Source: an uncultured Akkermansia sp.
GTDB taxonomy: Bacteria; Verrucomicrobiota; Verrucomicrobiia; Verrucomicrobiales; Akkermansiaceae
Direction of reading: 5' to 3'
Length of the DNA stretch: 48,264 nt
NCBI GenBank assembly: GCA_964435145.1
Contig: CAYSYD010000001.1
Location: 1 to 48,264 of the forward strand
Shown here: in pieces, positions 43,351 through 48,264 of the stretch
How the letters are laid out: every line of letters begins with the position of its first letter
How positions within the stretch are numbered: the stretch's first letter is position 1
The notes under the pieces: generated by a model
Seen by the model: only the letters and a program-made list of their open reading frames with translations
What the model was told of the DNA's origin: nothing
Database searches by the model: none
Made by a program: the position numbers and the translations under genes

Positions 43351-43476
43351 ATCAGTCAACGAATCCTGATACGCGGAGAAGGAGAGAGCTCCGCAGTATC
43401 AAATAGGGAGAGGCTGAGTTTCATAAGGTAGTAAGTAATGGAGCTTGCGGGTTAGCCTGCAAGCTCCTTGCTTCTT
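43351..43476 (+). ncRNA. Candidate ~125-nt small regulatory RNA
   Basis: Lies between an ECF-like promoter and a 12-bp terminator; 5' hairpin TGATAC-GCGGAG/CTCCGC-A-GTATCA; no plus-strand ORF. Confidence 0.55.
43440..43476 (+). terminator. Terminator-like hairpin with no upstream plus-strand CDS
   Basis: GGAGCTTGCGGG-TTAG-CCTGCAAGCTCC, then TTGCTTCTT. Confidence 0.7.
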
Positions 43477-43526
43477 CCGGGGGGGGGAGGGGGGAGGGGG
43501 AATGCCATTCGGGCGGAATTTTGAGG

Positions 43527-43554
43527 TTGCACTTGCCGCGCTAACTGGTATAAT
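43527..43554 (+). promoter_or_regulatory. Sigma70 promoter of the MFS gene
   Basis: TTGCAC-N16-TATAAT with TG extended -10, 9 nt before ATG. Confidence 0.75.
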
Positions 43555-43563
43555 TGCCCCGTT

Positions 43564-45393
43564 ATGAGTACCAATGCAACTCCCGCGGAGCTTCCGGCTT
43601 CCGTGAAACGATATGCCCTTTACCTGATGGTAATGGCCGGTCTTGGTGGTCTACTGTATGGTATTGACGTAGGCGTTATTGCCGCTGCTCTGCCGTACAT
43701 TGAGAAGACCTCCTCCTACACACCGCAGCAGCTGGCCATTGTGGTGGCTGCCGTGCTGTTCGGCTCCGTTCTTTCCTCCCTGTTTGCCGGTATGCTGGCA
43801 GAATGGCTGGGGCGCAAGAAGGTGATTATCCTCTCCGCCCTGCTCTTCACGCTGAGCATCCCCGTCATCTGCTTCTCCAACGGTGTATTCGAGATGCTCA
43901 TGGGCGGCCGCATCCTTCAGGGAGCCTCCGCCGGTTTGGTGGGCGTGGTAGTGCCCATGTATCTGGCAGAATGTCTGGATGCCAATTCCCGCGGTAAAGG
44001 CACGGGTATGTTCCAATTCATGCTGACGGTGGGCTTGGTCTTTGCTGCGGTGATTGGTCTTGTAACCACCATGCTGGTGGGTGCTGCGGATGATCCCACC
44101 GTGGCCTCCGATAGCAAGGTGATGGCCTGGCAGGTTATCTTCTGGTGTTCTGCCATTCCCGGGCTCATCCTGTTCTTTGGTGCCTTCAAGCTCAAGGAAT
44201 CCCCGCGCTGGCTCTACCGCCGCGGTTTCGAGACGGAAGCTCTCCAATCCCTCGCTTCCAATAACGGCGATGCCGCCGCTCAGGAAATCCTGGCCGAGAT
44301 GAAGGCCTCCGATGCCGCCGAGCAGGCAGAAAAAGCCGCAGTGGCCGCCGCCTCCAAGGGCGATACGCTCTTGCAGCGCAAATACGTCATCCCCTTCATC
44401 CTGGCTGTAATAGTGCTGGCTTGCACTCAGGCCACGGGTATTAACTCCGTGCTGAACTATTCCGTGAAAATCTTCCAGCAGGCCGGTCTGGAGGGTGAAA
44501 CTGCTAACTGGGCAGACTTCTCCATTAAGGTGGTAAATATGCTCATGACGATTGTAGCCGTCTCCCTGGTGGATAAGAAGGGGCGCACCTTCCTGCTCAA
44601 GATGGGTACGCTGGGCATCATTGCCGGTCTGGCCGGCGTGGGTGCCATGTTCTACTCCGTGGAGAGCAACCGCATGGATGTAACAGCTACCGTGAAAGCC
44701 GCCGTGCAGGATAACGCCCTGAACATCTCCGCCGCCGATGTGGTGCAACAGGCCATGGCCGACCCCGCCGCCCGCACGGCTCACCCCGAATTCATGCTGG
44801 GCGATTCCGTAACACCCGGTATGCAGCTTATCGTTACCTACACGCAGGGTACCGACAGTAAGCAGGATGTGGCCGAGTTCCGCACCGATACCACGGAGGG
44901 CGGTTCCATCTCCATTGCTAAGGACCACGCCCTTGCCCCCACCTTCTTGGATAAGATTTGCTTCTGGAGTACTCCGCTCCCCGAAGGCACCGTGAAGGAA
45001 GTGACCATTACCCGTGCCGAAATCGGTAAGAAACCCGGTGCCGTTACAGGTTGGATGGTTACCGGCTTCTTCGTGGTATTCATCGCCTTCTATGCCGCAG
45101 GTCCCGGCGTGTGCGTATGGCTTGCCCTCTCCGAGCTGATGCCCACCCGCATCCGCGCCAATGGTATGGCTATTGCCCTGCTCATTAACCAGGGCGTTTC
45201 CACCACCATTGCAGGTACCTTCCTGCCTTGGGTGGGTGCCGCCGGCTACTCCTCCGTGTTCTTCTGGCTGGCCGGCTTCACGGTGATTTACTTCATCACC
45301 GCTGCCTTCTTCATGCCGGAAACCAAGGGCCGCACCCTCGAGGAAATCGAGCAGTACTTCACCACGGGCAAAATGCCCACCAAGAAGGACTGA
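43564..45393 (+). CDS. MFS sugar porter family transporter
   Basis: GGLLYGID.GVI, LGRKK, GRILQG, PMYLAE, ESPRWL, QATGINSVLNY, VDKKGR, SELMP..IR, PETKGRTLEEIE. Confidence 0.95.
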   Translation: MSTNATPAELPASVKRYALYLMVMAGLGGLLYGIDVGVIAAALPYIEKTSSYTPQQLAIVVAAVLFGSVLSSLFAGMLAEWLGRKKVIILSALLFTLSIPVICFSNGVFEMLMGGRILQGASAGLVGVVVPMYLAECLDANSRGKGTGMFQFMLTVGLVFAAVIGLVTTMLVGAADDPTVASDSKVMAWQVIFWCSAIPGLILFFGAFKLKESPRWLYRRGFETEALQSLASNNGDAAAQEILAEMKASDAAEQAEKAAVAAASKGDTLLQRKYVIPFILAVIVLACTQATGINSVLNYSVKIFQQAGLEGETANWADFSIKVVNMLMTIVAVSLVDKKGRTFLLKMGTLGIIAGLAGVGAMFYSVESNRMDVTATVKAAVQDNALNISAADVVQQAMADPAARTAHPEFMLGDSVTPGMQLIVTYTQGTDSKQDVAEFRTDTTEGGSISIAKDHALAPTFLDKICFWSTPLPEGTVKEVTITRAEIGKKPGAVTGWMVTGFFVVFIAFYAAGPGVCVWLALSELMPTRIRANGMAIALLINQGVSTTIAGTFLPWVGAAGYSSVFFWLAGFTVIYFITAAFFMPETKGRTLEEIEQYFTTGKMPTKKD

Positions 45394-45418
45394 TTCCCCG
45401 CCTCCCGCATGTGAATTT

Positions 45419-45460
45419 CTCTCCGGTTTCCCGCAGTGCGGGAAACCGGAGAGTTTTTTT
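45419..45460 (+). terminator. Intrinsic terminator of the MFS gene
   Basis: 16-bp stem CTCTCCGGTTTCCCGC/GCGGGAAACCGGAGAG, then T7. Confidence 0.93.
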
Positions 45461-45510
45461 AGCTAGACTTAACTCTAGCACTCTGTTAAAATCGGCACCC
45501 GGAAAGAGCT

Positions 45511-46998
45511 ATGCGCTACAAGATACTCACAGCAGAGGAAGCCGCCGCCATGGTAAGCCATGGAGAGTGCGTAGGATTCAGTGGATTTGCCAATGCGGGG
45601 TCTCCGAAAGTACTGCCGCGCGCCATGGCGGCACATGCCCGCCGCGAGCATGAGGCGGGGCGACCCTGGCGCATTGAGCTGATGACCGGCGCCACCACCA
45701 GCACCCTCGTGGCGGGCTGTCTGGCAGGGGAGGATGCTCTGGAGCGTATGATGCCCTACCAAAGCAGCCCGGAAACGCGCCGCGCCGCGAATAACGGCAG
45801 TATGCACTACATCGATGCGCACGTTTCCCTCATGGCGCAGCAAATGCGCTATGGGCACCTGCCGCGCATTCGCACCGCCGTGGTGGAAGTGTGCGATGTA
45901 ACGGACGAGGGCGAGCTCACCCTCACCACCAGCGAAGGGAACACCCCCACCTTCTGCCAAGTGGCGGAACGCATCATTCTGGAGCTGAACTCCTACCACG
46001 ACCCGCGCCAGCTGCGCTGCCTGCACGATATTTACCTGCCCACGGACCCGCCCCACCGCCGCTTCATCCCGCTGAATAATCTGGACGACCGCATTGGCAC
46101 GCCCACACTCAAAGTAGACCCGGAGAAGATTGTGGGCGTGGTGCTTACCCACGAACCGGACGATATTGCCCCCTTTAAGGAACTTTCCGCCGTAACAGAG
46201 CAAATCGGGGAAAACATGGTACGCTTTCTGGAGAAAGAATATACGGAGGGGCGCATCCCGCCGGAAGGGCTGCCGCTGCAAAGCGGTGTGGGGAACGTGG
46301 CAAATGCCGTGCTGGCCTCCGTGGGGAACTCCGCCATTATCCCGCCCTTCAAAATGCACACCGAGGTGCTGCAGGATACGGTGATTGATTTGATGAAACG
46401 CGGGCGCTGCCTCTTCTCCGCCAGTTGCTGCCTGCATGTGTGCGATGAGGTGCTGCTGGAGATATACCGCAATTTCGATTTTTACCGCGATAAGATACTT
46501 CTGCGCCCGCAAGAAGTATCGAACAACCCCGCCATTGCCCGCCGCATCGGCCTCATCTGCATGAACACCGCGCTGGAGGTGGACATCTTCGGCAATGTGA
46601 ACTCCACCCACATCCTCGGTACCCATATTATGAACGGCATCGGCGGCAGCGGAGATTTTGCCCGCTCCGCCGCATACACCATCTTCTCCTGCCCCTCCAT
46701 CGCCAAAGGCGGCGCCATCTCCGCCGTGGTACCCATGGTCTCCCACACGGACCACACGGAACACGATGTCCACATCATCATCACCGAGCAAGGCGTGGCA
46801 GACCTCCGGGGTAAATCCCCCCGCGAACGTGCAGAAACCATCATCGAAAACTGCGCACACCCGGATTACCGCCCCCTGCTGCGCCGCTACCTCGCCCTCA
46901 CCCCGGGCGGCCACACCCCGCACTGCCTCTCCAAAGCATTCAGCTTCCACACCGCCTACCAGGAAACAGGCGATATGCGGAATGCCGCGCTGGATTAA
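45511..46998 (+). CDS. Acetyl-CoA hydrolase/succinate CoA-transferase family protein
   Basis: GFSGF, PYQS, LQSGVGNVANAV, TEVLQD, LRPQEVSN, NTALEVDIFGNVNSTH, MNGIGGSGDF, ITEQGVADLRG; promoter TAGACT-N17-TAAAAT at 45464-45492. Confidence 0.95.
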   Translation: MRYKILTAEEAAAMVSHGECVGFSGFANAGSPKVLPRAMAAHARREHEAGRPWRIELMTGATTSTLVAGCLAGEDALERMMPYQSSPETRRAANNGSMHYIDAHVSLMAQQMRYGHLPRIRTAVVEVCDVTDEGELTLTTSEGNTPTFCQVAERIILELNSYHDPRQLRCLHDIYLPTDPPHRRFIPLNNLDDRIGTPTLKVDPEKIVGVVLTHEPDDIAPFKELSAVTEQIGENMVRFLEKEYTEGRIPPEGLPLQSGVGNVANAVLASVGNSAIIPPFKMHTEVLQDTVIDLMKRGRCLFSASCCLHVCDEVLLEIYRNFDFYRDKILLRPQEVSNNPAIARRIGLICMNTALEVDIFGNVNSTHILGTHIMNGIGGSGDFARSAAYTIFSCPSIAKGGAISAVVPMVSHTDHTEHDVHIIITEQGVADLRGKSPRERAETIIENCAHPDYRPLLRRYLALTPGGHTPHCLSKAFSFHTAYQETGDMRNAALD

Positions 46999-47051
46999 TG
47001 CAGAGTTGCAAATCCGCGCCGCATGTGCTACACTCCGCACGGAGCGCAGCC

Positions 47052-48264
47052 ATGAGTACTATTTGCATCGACGGTCAAGACAGCCTGCCGGCACAAACCA
47101 TGCTGGTGGTGCCGAATCGTCTGGACCTTGCCGCCGCGCAGGAACTGGAAAAACTCCTTGGCGGTTCCAACCGCGTGGCCTGGCTGGCGGATGCCGCCCA
47201 AATGCCCGGGGAAGAGATGATGAACCACCTGCGCAGCAACCGCGCAGCAGGCATCGTACTCCGCCCCGAGCAAAAAACACAGGAAATCCTTGTACCCCTT
47301 ATTCAGGATATGCAGAACAGGGGGCGCCATGTCATCCTGCTCCCCGGGCCCGCCCTGCAAGCCCCCGCCTCCCTCACGGATATACCGGGCAGCCTGCTCA
47401 CCCTGCTGGATGGCAGCCCCCTGCACACCCTGCCGGTATATGTGGGCATGTACCAAGCCAATTTGCAAACTCCCCTGTGCAGCGCCGCGCCGTACGATGT
47501 ACTGCACCTGAGCATCTGCCGCCCGCTCCGCGCCGGGGCACACATGGGCGCGCGCGTGCAAGCCATTTGGATGTCCGCCCAGGCGGAGCAACTGGGGCGG
47601 CACCCCATGGTAAGCGAGGCTAACCTGCCCCGCCTGCTGGCGGAAAGCCTCATGCAGCACCCGGAAAGCTGCCTGCTGGATGGGGTGGACGATAGCACCC
47701 TACCGTATGGGGACATTCTGGCGGCCGCCCTCATGCTGCGGGAATCCCTTAGCAGCCAAACCACCAACGGGCGGCTGGGAATCATCCTGCCGCCGGGCAA
47801 ACTGCTCACCATCGCCTTTGTGGCCTGCCAGCTAGCCGGAATCGCCCCTGTATTCATCGGCACCCATTGCACGGCGGCACAGCTGGAAAACCTCTCCGCA
47901 CAAGCAGGCATCACCCGCTTCATCACCGAGGAACGCTACGTCTCCAAAGAAAAGAATTTTGAGTGGCCCCCCTCCCGCGACCTCCTCTTCCTGGAGAAAA
48001 AACTGGCAGAACTGGGCTCCGCACGGCTCAAACTCTGGCGGGCGGGCATGCGTATCAACATACTCCGCAAGCTGCTGGATGGCGCCAAGCTGCCCACCCC
48101 CCGGCCGGATGATACCGCCGCCATCATCTGCACCTCAGGCACGGAGAGCGGCCCCTTAGCCGTACCGCTCACACACCGCATGCTGGTGGCCGGTGTGCTG
48201 AGCCTGCAAAGCCGCATCCGGCTGGAAGCCGGGGATTCCTGCCTGTGCAGCATGCCGCCGCACA
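47052..48264 (+). CDS. Second, divergent Aas-like AMP-binding protein (partial; runs off the window)
   Basis: Translated by hand, open to the window end: MSTICIDG..VPNRL..ILLPG..LPVYVG..LGIILPPG..WPP..ICTSGTESGPLAVPLTHRML, collinear with the 35437 protein; promoter TTGCAA-N17-TACACT at 47006-47034. Confidence 0.85.
   Translation, partial: MSTICIDGQDSLPAQTMLVVPNRLDLAAAQELEKLLGGSNRVAWLADAAQMPGEEMMNHLRSNRAAGIVLRPEQKTQEILVPLIQDMQNRGRHVILLPGPALQAPASLTDIPGSLLTLLDGSPLHTLPVYVGMYQANLQTPLCSAAPYDVLHLSICRPLRAGAHMGARVQAIWMSAQAEQLGRHPMVSEANLPRLLAESLMQHPESCLLDGVDDSTLPYGDILAAALMLRESLSSQTTNGRLGIILPPGKLLTIAFVACQLAGIAPVFIGTHCTAAQLENLSAQAGITRFITEERYVSKEKNFEWPPSRDLLFLEKKLAELGSARLKLWRAGMRINILRKLLDGAKLPTPRPDDTAAIICTSGTESGPLAVPLTHRMLVAGVLSLQSRIRLEAGDSCLCSMPPH

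Noticed and set aside
43351..43476. Identity of the candidate RNA as tRNA, SRP, 6S or tmRNA
   Set aside because: No cloverleaf, SRP domain IV motif, long 6S duplex or tag reading frame is recognisable.

Overview
GC-rich bacterial chromosomal segment with no rRNA, tRNA, CRISPR array, IS or integrase that I can see. The gene set (M60-like glycopeptidase, GH33 sialidase, discoidin-domain secreted proteins, Aas-like paralogues, dnaN apart from dnaA) points to an Akkermansia-like gut Verrucomicrobium; this is inference. It holds about 35 CDSs: the 3' end of pheS, pheT, an ankyrin + M60 peptidase pair, an Ala/Gly symporter, dnaN, uvrC, a HAD-FolB fusion, an RlpA-like protein, nadB, a sialidase, metY, a four-gene cluster led by three secreted proteins, a Sel1 protein, SNF2 helicase, M16 peptidase, a tiny RHH gene, an orphan phage-ejection-like gene, a TPM-like protein, PBP1A, an OMP, two Aas-like ligases, an XRE regulator, an antiporter, ribE, a DEDD exonuclease, trmL, a priming sugar transferase, an MFS sugar porter and a CoA-transferase. 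Sigma70 promoters are unusually easy to read, and several predict leaderless mRNAs. Best leads: (1) an unannotated ~125-nt sRNA with an ECF-type promoter, its own terminator and an anti-ATGAAA segment; (2) a solitary T7-gp14-like gene with its own promoter beside an RHH regulator, possibly part of a dispersed, domesticated phage or GTA system; (3) a HAD-FolB fusion, a candidate for the unassigned folate-pathway phosphatase; (4) a Cys-His transglutaminase-like/CBM32 secreted operon; (5) a duplicated promoter/leader shared by nadB and metY. All family calls come from motif recognition by eye, with no database search.
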